Of a stretch of DNA of 64,000 nt, positions 38,731-49,157 are shown one piece after another (the stretch's first letter is position 1; each line of letters opens with the position of its first letter). The translations under genes and the position numbers were made by a program. The stretch comes from Anaeromyxobacter sp. (lineage in GTDB: Bacteria; Myxococcota; Myxococcia; Myxococcales; Anaeromyxobacteraceae), in assembly GCA_049840735.1 (NCBI GenBank), contig JASGJN010000017.1:512001-576000 (forward strand). The letters are read 5' to 3'. Below the pieces are notes generated by a model. That model worked only from the letters and a program-made list of their open reading frames with translations, searched no databases and was not told the origin of the DNA.

Positions 38731-41628
38731 CTAGAGCCGGCGCTCGAGAGCCCGGGCCGCCTTGAGCAAGGGGAGGTCCTGGTCTGCCCCGGAGAAGAGC
38801 GCCAGGAGCCGATCCAGCTCGGCCCTCGCCTGCGCGCGCTCGCCGAGCCGCTGGTGGGCCTGGGCGGCGAGGAGGATGCTGCGCGGGTAGGCCCATGACC
38901 GCCAGAAGCCTCGGGGCGGCAGCCGCCGGAACCGGGCGATGGCCGCGAGCGTGGCCCCATCGTCCCCGGCCGCGGCGCTCACCTCGGCGGTGAGGTAGGC
39001 CGGCGAGAGGCCGCGGACGGGGAACGGGTCCTGTGCCTCGGCCTGGGCCAGCTTGGCCAGGGCCACCTGCAGGTCCCCGGCGCGCCAGGCCCGGAGCGCC
39101 TGGAACTGCAGGGCCTGGTTGGTGCCGGGCGGGATGGCCTTTCCCACCTCGGCGGCGGTCTTCTCGTCGCCCAGGAGCAGGAGCACGATGGCCAGGTCAG
39201 CGGCGTAGGCCGGATTGGAGCCGGCCAGGGTCACGGCGCTGCGAGCCACCCGCGTCGGATTCCCCGAGCCAGCGGCCAGCATGGCATCGCGGTAGAGCCC
39301 CCGCGAGGTGTCGCCGCGGGGCGCCTCGGCGCGGATGGCGTCGCCCAGCCGGAGGGCCTGCGCCAGCCGGCCCTGGCCAGCCAGCCCGGAGGCCACGTAG
39401 GACCGCCGCCAGGAGTTGTCCGGCGACAGCGCGATCTGCCGACGCGCCACGGCCTCGACCTCCCGGAAGTCACCGGCGAAGCTGGCCGCGTCCCGGAGCG
39501 CGTCGAGCGCGGCGTCCCCGCGGCGCTCATGCGCCCGGCGCGCGGCCTCCTGCGCCCCGGCCGCGTCACCCAGCCAGCAGTACGCAGACACCATCGCGCT
39601 GTCCAGCGGCGATCCAGCCTCGTCCATGCGCTGGACCAGGGCCCGCAGCGCCTGGCGCCGGTCGCTCCTGCCCAGCGCCTCCACCAGGATCAGGTAGTGC
39701 TCCTCCGTCGCCGGGAAGAGCCGGGTCAGCTTCTCCGCGAAGGGCTCCACCCCGGCCCAGTCCTGCTGATCGATGTGCACGGACACGAGCCCGGACAGCG
39801 CCTCCGCGTCGTCGGGATCGCGGGACAGCATCTCCTCGTAGAGGCGGCTGGCCTCGGCGGTCTTCCCCTCCAGCCGCGCCGCGAGGGCGCGCACCGCGAG
39901 GGCCTGCTGCACCGGGAGTCGCTCCGCGGCCCCCAGGGCGGCACGCAGGTGCGCCTGGTACATGTCGGGGGTGGCGCCCCGCGGGGAGCGGATGGCGGCC
40001 AGCTGGTAGTGGGCCAGGGCGAACCCCGGATCCTCGGCCAGCGCCCGCTCGAACGACGGGACGCACCGGTCGGCCGCCCCAGGCTGCGCCTGGACGCGCG
40101 CGATGCAGTCCACGCCCTCGTAGTAGAGCCGCGCCGCGTCCGGGCTGCGGGTGACGGCCTGCGCGACCGGGGTCCGGAGCCGGCGGTCGGCGCTGCGCTC
40201 CCGCAGCTCCTCGCGGATCCGATCGGAGAGCCAATCCACGGTCAGCGTCAGCTCCTTCATGTCCCCCAGGCGCTCGCGGGCCGTGAACAGGACCTTGCCG
40301 CTCTCCGCCTCGATGGCGCGAACCGCCAGCGTGGTGGCGCCATCCTCCTGCCAGGAGGACGGCACCAGCAGCACCGCCGCGCCGGCCAGCCGGGCCAGGT
40401 CGCGGCCGCGCCGCGCGTCCACGCCCGCCAGCTCGGCGAGGCCGGCCTCGCGCGCCACCACCGCCAGCCGGGTCTTCGGCACCACCCGCACGCGCGCCGA
40501 GGGCGAGAGCGCGACGTCCAGTAATCCCGGCACGGCCTGCAGCGCCGGGTCGGCGGCCCCGTTCTCGATCCCGGCCAGCACTACCTTCACCTGCTCGCCC
40601 GCGGGCGGCTCCCGGGTGACCGACAGCCACGCGGCCGTCCCCACCGCCCCCACGGCCACGGCCGTGAGCGCCGCCACCGACCAGCGACGCGCCCGCCCCT
40701 TTCGTGCGTTGCGCACCGCCAGCAGCGCGTCCCGCACCTCCCGCGCCGACGCTGGGCGCCTGGCCGGATCGCGCTCCAGGCAGCGCCGGACGAGCCGGCG
40801 GAAGGCAGCCGGGGCCAGCTTGCGGGCCAGCGCCGGCGTCTCCCCCGGCTCCAGCGCCTCGCTCCAGCCCTTCTCCACCAGGTACGGGATCTTCCCGGCC
40901 AGCGCCTGGTGCAGGATCACGCCGAAGGCGAACAGGTCGGTGCGCGCGTCGCTCCTGTCCCCCTCCCACTGCTCCGGCGCCATGTAGGCGGGGGTGCCGC
41001 CGTCGCTGGCGCCGTCGCGCCCGAACAGGTGGGCCAGGCCGAAGTCGAGCACCTTGACCGAGGCGTCCTCGCCCAGGTGCACGTTGCCCGGCGTGAGGTC
41101 GCGGTGGATCACGCCGGCGTCGTGCGCGTGGACCAGCGCGCGGGCCACCGCGATGGCCACCTCCAGCAGGTCGTCGAAGGGCAGCGGACCGTGGCGGAGC
41201 CGCTCGCCCAGCGACCGGCCGCGGAGCAGCTCGAACACGAGGTACGGGCCGGACGGGCCCTGACCGAAGTCGTGCAGGGTGACGATGTTGGGGTGGTTGA
41301 GGCGGGCCACCGCCTCGGCCTCGCGCTGCAGCCACTCGTGGCCGCGCGAGGCGATGCGGGTGCCCGGCTTGATGACCTTGAGGGCCACGGTGCGCCCCAG
41401 GTCGCGGTCCTCGGCCTCGTAGACCAGGCCGAAGCCGCCCCGGCCCAGCTCGCGCACCAGCTCGAAGCGGCCGATGTGGCCGCCGGGCCGGACCTCCGGC
41501 GACCACTCCTTGGCCGACGGCGCCTCCTGGGTCTTGACCAGCTCGAGCAGCAGCGCCGACAGCTGGGTCGAGAGGTGCTCGAACTCCGGCGGCTCGACCG
41601 GCGCGTCGCCGCTCTCTCCCTTGCGCAC
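38731..41628 (-). CDS. Membrane Ser/Thr protein kinase with extracytoplasmic alpha/beta domain and TPRs (paralogue 3)
   Basis: LGRGGFG, VALK, REAE, HRDLTPGN, DFGL, GTPAYMAPE; one TM; TPR array; likely GTG start at 41628. Confidence 0.9.
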   Translation of the reverse strand: MRKGESGDAPVEPPEFEHLSTQLSALLLELVKTQEAPSAKEWSPEVRPGGHIGRFELVRELGRGGFGLVYEAEDRDLGRTVALKVIKPGTRIASRGHEWLQREAEAVARLNHPNIVTLHDFGQGPSGPYLVFELLRGRSLGERLRHGPLPFDDLLEVAIAVARALVHAHDAGVIHRDLTPGNVHLGEDASVKVLDFGLAHLFGRDGASDGGTPAYMAPEQWEGDRSDARTDLFAFGVILHQALAGKIPYLVEKGWSEALEPGETPALARKLAPAAFRRLVRRCLERDPARRPASAREVRDALLAVRNARKGRARRWSVAALTAVAVGAVGTAAWLSVTREPPAGEQVKVVLAGIENGAADPALQAVPGLLDVALSPSARVRVVPKTRLAVVAREAGLAELAGVDARRGRDLARLAGAAVLLVPSSWQEDGATTLAVRAIEAESGKVLFTARERLGDMKELTLTVDWLSDRIREELRERSADRRLRTPVAQAVTRSPDAARLYYEGVDCIARVQAQPGAADRCVPSFERALAEDPGFALAHYQLAAIRSPRGATPDMYQAHLRAALGAAERLPVQQALAVRALAARLEGKTAEASRLYEEMLSRDPDDAEALSGLVSVHIDQQDWAGVEPFAEKLTRLFPATEEHYLILVEALGRSDRRQALRALVQRMDEAGSPLDSAMVSAYCWLGDAAGAQEAARRAHERRGDAALDALRDAASFAGDFREVEAVARRQIALSPDNSWRRSYVASGLAGQGRLAQALRLGDAIRAEAPRGDTSRGLYRDAMLAAGSGNPTRVARSAVTLAGSNPAYAADLAIVLLLLGDEKTAAEVGKAIPPGTNQALQFQALRAWRAGDLQVALAKLAQAEAQDPFPVRGLSPAYLTAEVSAAAGDDGATLAAIARFRRLPPRGFWRSWAYPRSILLAAQAHQRLGERAQARAELDRLLALFSGADQDLPLLKAARALERRL

Positions 41629-41713
41629 CGGCTCCAACCTCGCCTCCGTGGATGTGCCGGTTCTACCAGAACCCGAGGCTCCGGTGCAGGGGATAACCCT
41701 GCCATGTGGTGGG

Positions 41714-44164
41714 CTACGGGCGCAGGGTGGCCCGCAGGGCCCGGGCCTCGCCCAGGCCGGGCAGGTCCGGGTCGGCTTTCGCCCAGAGCGAAAGCAAGCG
41801 CGAGAGGGTGGCGCGGGCCTCATCCGGCCGCCCCAGGGCCGCCTCGGCCCGGGCTTGGACGAGCAGCGCCCGGGGCCAGGTCCACGCCCGGTGATAGCCG
41901 CGCGGCGGCAGCCGCTGGTAGCGCTTCACCGCCGCCAGCGCCGCCCGGTGATCCCCGGCGGAGGAGGCCACCACGGCCGTGAGCCAGGCGGGCGGGAGCC
42001 CCTCCACCGGCCAGACGTCCTTCGCCTCCGCCACCGCCAGCGTGGCCAGCGCCCGGTCCATGTCGCCGGCCCGCCACTCGCGCAGCGCCTGGTCCTCCAG
42101 CGCGGTGATGGTGCCGGGCGGGATGGCGGCGGCGACGCGGTCCGCGGCGGCGTCGTCCCCCAGCAGCCGCAGGGGCAGGGCCAGCATGACGCAGTAGACC
42201 GGATCCACCTCGGCGCACTGCTCGGCCGGACGGCGCACCTGGCGCGCGTCCCAGCTGGCCGCGCTGATCAGCGCCTCCTGGAGGTTCCAGTTCGGCGCCG
42301 CGCCGCGGGCGGCCGCGGCCTCGTCGAGCGCCCGCTGCGCCTCGCGCACCCGCCCCTGCGCCGCGATCGACGTCGCTAGCGGCGCCGACGCGGCCAGCTC
42401 CGGGTGCTGGGCCAGGTAGCGCCGCCAGGTGGCCTCCACCTCCGCGAAGCGGCCGGCGCTGCTGAAGGCGGTCGCAAGCGTCAGCAGCGATCGCTCCCCG
42501 TTGGCAGCCACGGCGTCCTGCGCCGCCTCGATCCCGCGCCCGGGCTCGCCGCACCAGGCCGTCGCATTGACCACCACCGGCGCCAGCTCGGCCGAGGTGC
42601 GCAGCGGCCAGAGCCGCTCCAGCTCAGCCCGGACCTGGTCGAGCCGCGCCCGGCGACCCAGCGACTCCACCAGCGTGTCGCGCAGGTCGGCGCTGTTCCG
42701 GCCCAGGGCCAGCTGCTTGCGCACGAGCGGCTCGACGCCCTCCCAGTCATCGCGCTGCACGGCCAGCGCCGCCGCACCGTCCAGGGCGTCCAGATCGGCC
42801 GGATCCTCATCCAGCAGCGCCTGGTACTGCCGCCTGGCCTCGTCCACGCGCCCGGCCAGCCTCGCGTCGAGCGCCCGGGCCAGCTCGGCGTCGCGCGGCG
42901 ACATCCGAGGTGCAGCCGCCAGCGCCGCCTCCAGGTGCGGCGCCCACTTCTCCCGCTCGTGCCCCGGGATGGCCAGGGCCATCGCCAGGCGCAGGTGCGC
43001 CTGCGGCAGCCCCGGATCGAGCGCCAGCGCGGCCCGGAACCCTTCCGCGCAGCGGGCGCCGCCACCACCCCCTGCGCTCAGGCGCAGCCAGCAGTCCATC
43101 GCCTCCCGGTAGCGCTCCTCCGCGCCCGGCACGGTCGAGAGCGGCTCGGGGCGCAGCCGCCACCAGGCCGCCCACCCGAGGGCCGCCAGCGCCGCCAGCA
43201 GCAGCAGCCCCGCGCCGGCGCGCACGCCGACGCGCCCATGCCAGCGACGCAGCCGCTCCAGCGTCTGCCGGACCTGGGCCGCGCTGCCGGGCCGCCGCGC
43301 CGGATCGCGCTCCACCAGGCGGCGCACCAGCCCGCGCAGCGCCGGCTGCGCCGCGCCCAGCGGCAGCTCCGGCGTGGGCCCGGGCTGCAGGACCTCGCGG
43401 TCCTCCCCTTCCGCGCGGTACGGGGGACGCCCGCAGAGCGCCTGGTGGAGGATGGCGCCGAGCGCGAACAGGTCGGTGCGGCCGTCCCCCGGCTCGCCGC
43501 GCCACTGCTCCGGCGCCATGTAGGGCCCGGTGCCGCCGCTGCTGGCGGCGGTGCGGCCGAGCAGGCTGGAGAGGCCGAAGTCGAGCACCTTGACGCGCCC
43601 GTCCTGGCCCAGGTGGACGTTCCCAGGCGTGAGATCGCGGTGGGTGACGCCGGCGGCGTGGGCGTGCTCCAGCGCCCGGGCCACGCCCGCGCCGACCCGC
43701 AGCACCTCATCGCGCGAGAGGGGCCCGCGCCGCAGCCGCTCGGCCAGGGTCTCGCCGCGCAGCAGCTCCAGCACCAGGTAGAGGCCGCCCGGCCCCTGCC
43801 CCACGTCGAAGAGCGTGACGATGCCCGGGTGGTTGAGGCGCGCCACCGCCACCGCCTCCCGCCGCAGCCACTCCGAGCCGTGCGCCGCCACGCGCGCGCC
43901 GGGCCGGATCAGCTTGATGGCCACGGCCCGCCCCAGCTCCAGGTCGCGCGCCTCCCAGACAACGCCGAACCCGCCCCGCCCCAGCTCGCGCACCAGCTCG
44001 AACCGCCCCAGGCGCGCGCCGGGCGCCATGCCCGACCACTGCTCCGGGACCGCCCGCGCCTCGGTGCGCACCATCTCCGCCAACAGGTCGGTGAGCTGCC
44101 GGGAGAAGCGCTCCGCGTCCGGCTGGTCCCGGGGCGCGACGCTGGGCGTGCCCTCCCGCTTCAC
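41714..44164 (-). CDS. Membrane Ser/Thr protein kinase with TPRs (paralogue 2)
   Basis: GTG overlaps paralogue 1 stop; LGRGGFG, VAIK, HRDLTPGN, DFGL, YMAPE; TM; TPRs. Confidence 0.9.
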   Translation of the reverse strand: MKREGTPSVAPRDQPDAERFSRQLTDLLAEMVRTEARAVPEQWSGMAPGARLGRFELVRELGRGGFGVVWEARDLELGRAVAIKLIRPGARVAAHGSEWLRREAVAVARLNHPGIVTLFDVGQGPGGLYLVLELLRGETLAERLRRGPLSRDEVLRVGAGVARALEHAHAAGVTHRDLTPGNVHLGQDGRVKVLDFGLSSLLGRTAASSGGTGPYMAPEQWRGEPGDGRTDLFALGAILHQALCGRPPYRAEGEDREVLQPGPTPELPLGAAQPALRGLVRRLVERDPARRPGSAAQVRQTLERLRRWHGRVGVRAGAGLLLLAALAALGWAAWWRLRPEPLSTVPGAEERYREAMDCWLRLSAGGGGGARCAEGFRAALALDPGLPQAHLRLAMALAIPGHEREKWAPHLEAALAAAPRMSPRDAELARALDARLAGRVDEARRQYQALLDEDPADLDALDGAAALAVQRDDWEGVEPLVRKQLALGRNSADLRDTLVESLGRRARLDQVRAELERLWPLRTSAELAPVVVNATAWCGEPGRGIEAAQDAVAANGERSLLTLATAFSSAGRFAEVEATWRRYLAQHPELAASAPLATSIAAQGRVREAQRALDEAAAARGAAPNWNLQEALISAASWDARQVRRPAEQCAEVDPVYCVMLALPLRLLGDDAAADRVAAAIPPGTITALEDQALREWRAGDMDRALATLAVAEAKDVWPVEGLPPAWLTAVVASSAGDHRAALAAVKRYQRLPPRGYHRAWTWPRALLVQARAEAALGRPDEARATLSRLLSLWAKADPDLPGLGEARALRATLRP

Positions 44165-46623
44165 CGCGCGCCTCCCCGCTCCAGCGCCGCCTCGAGCGCG
44201 TCCAGCTCGCGAAGCAGCGGCAGCCCGGGATCCGCGCGGGCCCAGAGCGCCCGCAGCTGCGCCGCGGTCCCGCGCGCCGCCTGGGGCTGGCCCGTGGCCG
44301 CCTCGGCGCGGGCCCGCAGCAGCAGGGCCCGCGGGTAGGCCCAGCAGCGCCACATCCCGCGGGACGGGAGCTCCAGGAAGCGCCGCGCGGCGGCCAGGGC
44401 GGTGCGGTGTTCGCCCGCCGCGGAGGCCACCTCGGCCAGGAGGTAGGCCGGGGAGACGCCGTGGACCGGCCGCGAGTCGCGCTCCTCCGCCGCGGCCAGC
44501 ATCGCCAGCGCCAGATTGACGTCTCCTTCGCGCCAGGCCAGCAGGGCCTGGAGCTCCTGCTCGACGACCGAGCCCGGCGGGGCGGCGGCCCCCAGGTGAC
44601 GCGCGCCCTCCACGTCGCCCAGGAGCCCGAGCGGCAGCGCCAGATCGACGCCCCACAGCGGGTCCACGGCCGCGGTCTGCTCGGCGGACCGACGGACCCG
44701 CCGCGGGTCCCAGCTCACCACCGTCAGCATCGCGTCGCGGCTGTGGCGATCGGCGGGCTCGCGGACCGCGTCCGCCACCACCTGGGAGGTGGCCAGCGCG
44801 TCGGCGAGCCGCCCCTGGGTGGCCTGCGCGATGGCGACCAGCGTCCCCTTCCATGGGTCCTCTGGATGCGCGGCCGCGTCGCGCCGGGCGACGTCCTCCA
44901 TCTCGGCGTACAGCCCGGCGGTGCCCAGCGCCATCCGCAGCGCGGTCAGCCCCGCGTCGCCGTGGCTGACCACCGCCTGGCGCCCCACCGCCACCGCCTG
45001 CAGCGGATCGTACCAGACCAGCGCCCGGACCTGCCCCACGGCGCGCCCCACCGTGTCCGGCGTGGCCCCCAGCTCCGCCACCAGCGCCCGGAGCTCCTCG
45101 TGCCTCCCCAGCCGGCCCAGCGCCTCGGTCAGCGCCTGCAGGGCGTCGTCGTCGCTGGGCCTCAGCTGCAGCCGCTTGCGGGACAGCCGGGCCACCCCGA
45201 CCCAGTCGCCGCGCCGCTGCGCCACCTCGTCGGCCGACGCCACCGCCTCGGCGTCGTCCGGCGCCAGGGCCAGGGCCTCGCCGTAGAGCTGCGCCGCCTC
45301 GTCCCAGCGCTCGTGGAGCATGGCCGCGCGGGCCTTGAGCAGCCGCGCCTCCAGGGGTGGCAGCCGGTCGGCGGTCGCCAGCGCGGTCGCGAGGAGCGGG
45401 CCCCACAGGTCCTCGGACGCACCCTCGAGCGAGCCGATCACCAGCCGCTGGTAGGCGGCCAGCCCGAAGCCAGGGTCGTGCGCCAGCGCCCGCTCGAAGG
45501 CCGGGATGCAGGCCTCCGAGGCGCCAGCGATCCCGGGCGCGCGGCGCAGGCAGTCCATCCCCTCCTCGTACGCGCGGGCGGCCTCCGGGATGACCGTGGG
45601 GGGCGGCGGCCGCGCGGTCCACCAGCGGAGGCCGGCGCCGCCGGCCAGCGCACAGGCAGCGAGGGCGGAGGCGAAGAGCCAGCGCCGGAGCCGGCGGCCG
45701 CGGGCCCCGAGCCGCGCCAGCGCCTCCACCACGTCGGCCGCGCTGGCCGGGCGCCGGTCCGGCTCGCGCTCGAGCAGCCGCCGCACCAGCGAGCGCAGCG
45801 CGCCCGGCGCCGCGGCGCGCGGCAGCGCCGGGGTGCGGCCCTGCTCCAGCACCTCGCGGCGTCCGGAGCGGGCCTCGTAAGGCGTCCGGCCGCCCAGCGC
45901 CTCGAAGAGGATGACGCCCAGCGCGAACAGGTCGGTCCGCGCGTCGCCCGCCTCGGCCCGCCACTGCTCCGGGGCCATGTACGCAGCGGTGCCGCCGTCG
46001 CTCGCCCCCTCGCGGCCGAACAGGTGCGAGAGGCCGAAGTCGAGCACCTTGACCTGCCCGTCCTCGCCCAGGTGCACGTTGCCCGGGGTGAGGTCGCGGT
46101 GGAGGACGCCGGCGGCGTGCGCGTGCCGCAGCGCCGCCGCCACGGCCGCGCCGAGCCGCGCCGCCTCCGCCGCCTGCAGCGGCCCCCGCTTCAGCCGCTC
46201 CGCCAGCGTCTCGCCGCGCAGCAGCTCGAACACCAGGTGGACCCCGCCCGGCCCCTGCCCCACGTCGTGCAGCGTGACGATGCCCGGGTGGTTGAGCCGC
46301 GCCACCGCCTCCGCCTCGCGCCGCAGCGAGTCCGGGCCGTGCGCGCCGAGCCGGGCGCCGGGGCGGACCACCTTGAGCGCCACGGCGCGCCCCAGCTCCG
46401 CGTCGCGGGCCTCCCAGACCACGCCGAAGCCGCCCCGCCCCAGCTCGCGGACCAGCTCGAAGCGGCCCACGCGCGCGCCGGGCTCGAGCCCCGACCACGC
46501 CTCCGGGACGGCCCGCTCCTCGGTGCGGACCAGCTCGGCCAGCAGGTCGGTGAGCTGGCGCGAGCGCGGGTCCAGCGCGACGCCGTCCGGACCAGGCTCG
46601 CCGTTCTGGACCTGCGTCAGCAC
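44161..46623 (-). CDS. Membrane Ser/Thr protein kinase with TPRs (paralogue 1)
   Basis: LGRGGFG, VALK, HRDLTPGN, DFGL, YMAPE; TM (WLFASALAACALAGGAGL); TPRs. Confidence 0.9.
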   Translation of the reverse strand: MLTQVQNGEPGPDGVALDPRSRQLTDLLAELVRTEERAVPEAWSGLEPGARVGRFELVRELGRGGFGVVWEARDAELGRAVALKVVRPGARLGAHGPDSLRREAEAVARLNHPGIVTLHDVGQGPGGVHLVFELLRGETLAERLKRGPLQAAEAARLGAAVAAALRHAHAAGVLHRDLTPGNVHLGEDGQVKVLDFGLSHLFGREGASDGGTAAYMAPEQWRAEAGDARTDLFALGVILFEALGGRTPYEARSGRREVLEQGRTPALPRAAAPGALRSLVRRLLEREPDRRPASAADVVEALARLGARGRRLRRWLFASALAACALAGGAGLRWWTARPPPPTVIPEAARAYEEGMDCLRRAPGIAGASEACIPAFERALAHDPGFGLAAYQRLVIGSLEGASEDLWGPLLATALATADRLPPLEARLLKARAAMLHERWDEAAQLYGEALALAPDDAEAVASADEVAQRRGDWVGVARLSRKRLQLRPSDDDALQALTEALGRLGRHEELRALVAELGATPDTVGRAVGQVRALVWYDPLQAVAVGRQAVVSHGDAGLTALRMALGTAGLYAEMEDVARRDAAAHPEDPWKGTLVAIAQATQGRLADALATSQVVADAVREPADRHSRDAMLTVVSWDPRRVRRSAEQTAAVDPLWGVDLALPLGLLGDVEGARHLGAAAPPGSVVEQELQALLAWREGDVNLALAMLAAAEERDSRPVHGVSPAYLLAEVASAAGEHRTALAAARRFLELPSRGMWRCWAYPRALLLRARAEAATGQPQAARGTAAQLRALWARADPGLPLLRELDALEAALERGGAR

Positions 46624-46780
46624 TGCCTTGCTCCGGTGCTCCCGCCCGGGGACGTGTCTACCAGATTGACGGACAGCCGGTCAGCCGTGGGGAGGCCGGG
46701 GCGGTTCGCCGCTCTCCCGACTTGTTCGGGGATGACCTGGCAAACGGACGTTTCAACGCCGGGTGGTGTGGTTCCCCCGC

Positions 46781-48223
46781 CTACTCCGGCGCGCCGGCCT
46801 TCTCCTCGTCGTCCAGCCCGCCGCGGCGCGCGTCGCGCCCGCCGGCGGCGTACTCCTTCAGCCGGTACTGGATCTTGCGCACGCTGATCCCGAGGATCTC
46901 GGCCGCGCGCGAGGTGGAGCCGCCCACCATCTCGAGCGTGCGCAGGATGGCCTCGCGCTCGATCTCGTAGAGCGTGGCGCCCGGGATGAGCGCGCCCGGG
47001 GCCCGCTCGCGGGGCCGCGGCCCGCGCAGCGTGGGCGGCAGGTCGTCGGCGGTCAGCTCGGCCGCCTTGGCCAGCACCACCGCCCGCTCGATCACGTTCT
47101 CCAGCTCGCGGACGTTGCCCGGCCAGTCGTGGGAGAGGAGCGCGTTGAGCGTGCCGGGGGCCAGCCCGCGGATCTCCTTGCCGTAGGAGCGGGCGTACTT
47201 GTCGATGAAGTGCGAGACCAGCGCCGGGATGTCCCCCTTGCGCTGCCGCAGCGGCGGCAGCGTGACCGCCACCACGTTGAGCCGGTAGTAGAGGTCCTCG
47301 CGGAACTTGCCGCTCTTCACCTCGGCGGAGAGGTCGCGGTTGGTGGCCGCCACCAGGCGCACGTCCACCTTGATGGTCTGGGTGCCCCCCACCCGCTCGA
47401 ACTCCTTCTGCTGCAGCACGCGCAGCAGCTTGATTTGCAGCGCCGGGGAGATGTCGCCGATCTCGTCCAGGAAGAGCGTGCCGCCGTCCGCCAGCTCGAA
47501 GCGCCCCTCCTTGCGCCCGATGGCGCCGGTGAAGGAGCCCTTCTCGTGACCGAACAGCTCGGACTCGAGCAGCGTCTCGGAGAGCGCGGCGCAGTTCACC
47601 TTGATGAACGGCTTGCCGGAGCGGGGCGACTCCTCGTGCAGCGCCTGGGCGATCAGCTCCTTGCCGGTGCCGGACTCGCCCAGGATGAGGACGGTGGCGC
47701 GGGTGGGCGCCGCCCGCTTGACCACCTCGTAGACCGCCTGCAGCTCGGGCGCGTCGCCGACGATGTTGTGGAACCGGTACCGCTCGCGCACCCGCTCGCG
47801 CAGGTTGGCCGTGTCGCGCTGGAGCCGGAGCTTCTCGAGCGCCTTCTCGAGGATCACCAGCACCGCGTTCACGTCGAGCGGCTTGACCAGGTAGTTCTCG
47901 GCGCCGGCCCGCATGGCCTCGACGGCGGCCTCCACGCTGGCGAAGGCGGTCATCATCACGAAGACCGCGTCCGAGCCGGCCTCGCGCGCCCGCTTGAGCA
48001 GCGTGATGCCGTCCAGGCGCGGCATGCGCACGTCGGCCAGCACCACGGCCGGCGCGAACCCGGGGATGAGGGCCAGCGCCTCCTCGCCGTCCGCGGCCTC
48101 GGCCAGCTCGTACCCCTCCTCCGAGAGGATGGTCCGCAGCGCGACGCGAGCGTTCTGCTCGTCGTCCACCACGAGGATCCGCTCCTTGCTCCCTGGGCGG
48201 AGGGTTGAGGTCGGGCTGTTCAT
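46781..48223 (-). CDS. Sigma54-dependent response regulator (NtrC family)
   Basis: Receiver; [47 protein letters not shown]; Fis-type HTH. Confidence 0.96.
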   Translation of the reverse strand: MNSPTSTLRPGSKERILVVDDEQNARVALRTILSEEGYELAEAADGEEALALIPGFAPAVVLADVRMPRLDGITLLKRAREAGSDAVFVMMTAFASVEAAVEAMRAGAENYLVKPLDVNAVLVILEKALEKLRLQRDTANLRERVRERYRFHNIVGDAPELQAVYEVVKRAAPTRATVLILGESGTGKELIAQALHEESPRSGKPFIKVNCAALSETLLESELFGHEKGSFTGAIGRKEGRFELADGGTLFLDEIGDISPALQIKLLRVLQQKEFERVGGTQTIKVDVRLVAATNRDLSAEVKSGKFREDLYYRLNVVAVTLPPLRQRKGDIPALVSHFIDKYARSYGKEIRGLAPGTLNALLSHDWPGNVRELENVIERAVVLAKAAELTADDLPPTLRGPRPRERAPGALIPGATLYEIEREAILRTLEMVGGSTSRAAEILGISVRKIQYRLKEYAAGGRDARRGGLDDEEKAGAPE

Positions 48224-48387
48224 GCGACTCCTGGTGACGCAAACGCTGCGGGACCCGCAGTTTATGCATGATCTCGGTCCAGAAATCCAGCCCTTCTGGC
48301 ACCGCAAACCCGCGCGCCCACGCGGGAATGTCAAAGCGGTCGCGGGGGCTGCGGCCGCGCGCGCGCAACCGGCCTAGCCGACGAGGA

Positions 48388-49080
48388 TCATCCCGCCGCG
48401 GGGGTGTCGTCGGACGGGCCGCCCGGCACCGGCTGGGAGGCCTCCAGGCGGCCCACACGGTCGTACGGGCGCCACCTGAAGCGGGCCCCCAGCCCCTCGG
48501 CCACCGCACGGCAGGCGGCCTCCGAGAGGCCCGGGAGCGCCACGGCGCTGGCGGCCACGTCCGGCAGGTGGGCCACGGCGCTGCGGATGAAGGCCTGCAC
48601 CGCCGGATAGGCCGCCTCGCCGTGGCGGCTGGGGCAGACCTCCGCGTAGGTGCGGGCGTCGGCCGCGTTGAGCGAGACGGAGGCCGCGTCCAGCCCTGCC
48701 GCCGCCAGCTCCGGCACCACGTCGCGCCCCTCGCGCAGGCTGGCCAGGCCGTCGGTGTCCAGCCGGACGCGGGCCACGCCCGCCGCCTTGAGCCGGCGGA
48801 CGAGCTCCAGGACCACGTCCAGGCGGCGCGTCGGCTCGCCGAACCCGGTGAAGACCACCTCGCTCCGCCCCGCCAGCCCGGCCGCCTGCGCCGCGGCCCA
48901 GACCTCTTCCGCGGCGGGGTTGCGGGCGAGCCTCAGGTCGTAGCCACCCACGGTGAAGTCGCCGTCGCGGATCTTGGGGCAGAAGACGCACGCCAGCGTG
49001 CAGGCGCTGGTGACGTTGAGGTAGAGGGCGTCGCCCAGCGGGTAGGCGAGCACGGGGTGGTGGGCGGTGGCGGTCTCCAC
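48388..49080 (-). CDS. TatD-associated radical SAM protein
   Basis: LYLNVTSACTLACVFCPK (CxxxCxxC), EVVFTGFGEPT, RLDTDG, SVSLNA. Confidence 0.88.
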   Translation of the reverse strand: METATAHHPVLAYPLGDALYLNVTSACTLACVFCPKIRDGDFTVGGYDLRLARNPAAEEVWAAAQAAGLAGRSEVVFTGFGEPTRRLDVVLELVRRLKAAGVARVRLDTDGLASLREGRDVVPELAAAGLDAASVSLNAADARTYAEVCPSRHGEAAYPAVQAFIRSAVAHLPDVAASAVALPGLSEAACRAVAEGLGARFRWRPYDRVGRLEASQPVPGGPSDDTPAAG

Positions 49081-49157
49081 GGACCGGTTCTGTAGCAGGC
49101 GGGGGCCGGAGCGCCACGGCGGGGCAGGCGAGCGGAGGCGGCCCGCTTTACCCGGTC

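Noticed and set aside
41714..46498. A single 1594-aa giant kinase ORF
   Set aside because: Its first ~780 codons are an off-frame shadow of STK1; the real STK2 starts at GTG 44164
41670..46670. Shared TCTGGTAGA upstream of STK1 and STK3 as a specific operator
   Set aside because: Only 9 bp and compatible with a generic extended -10 element; too weak to support
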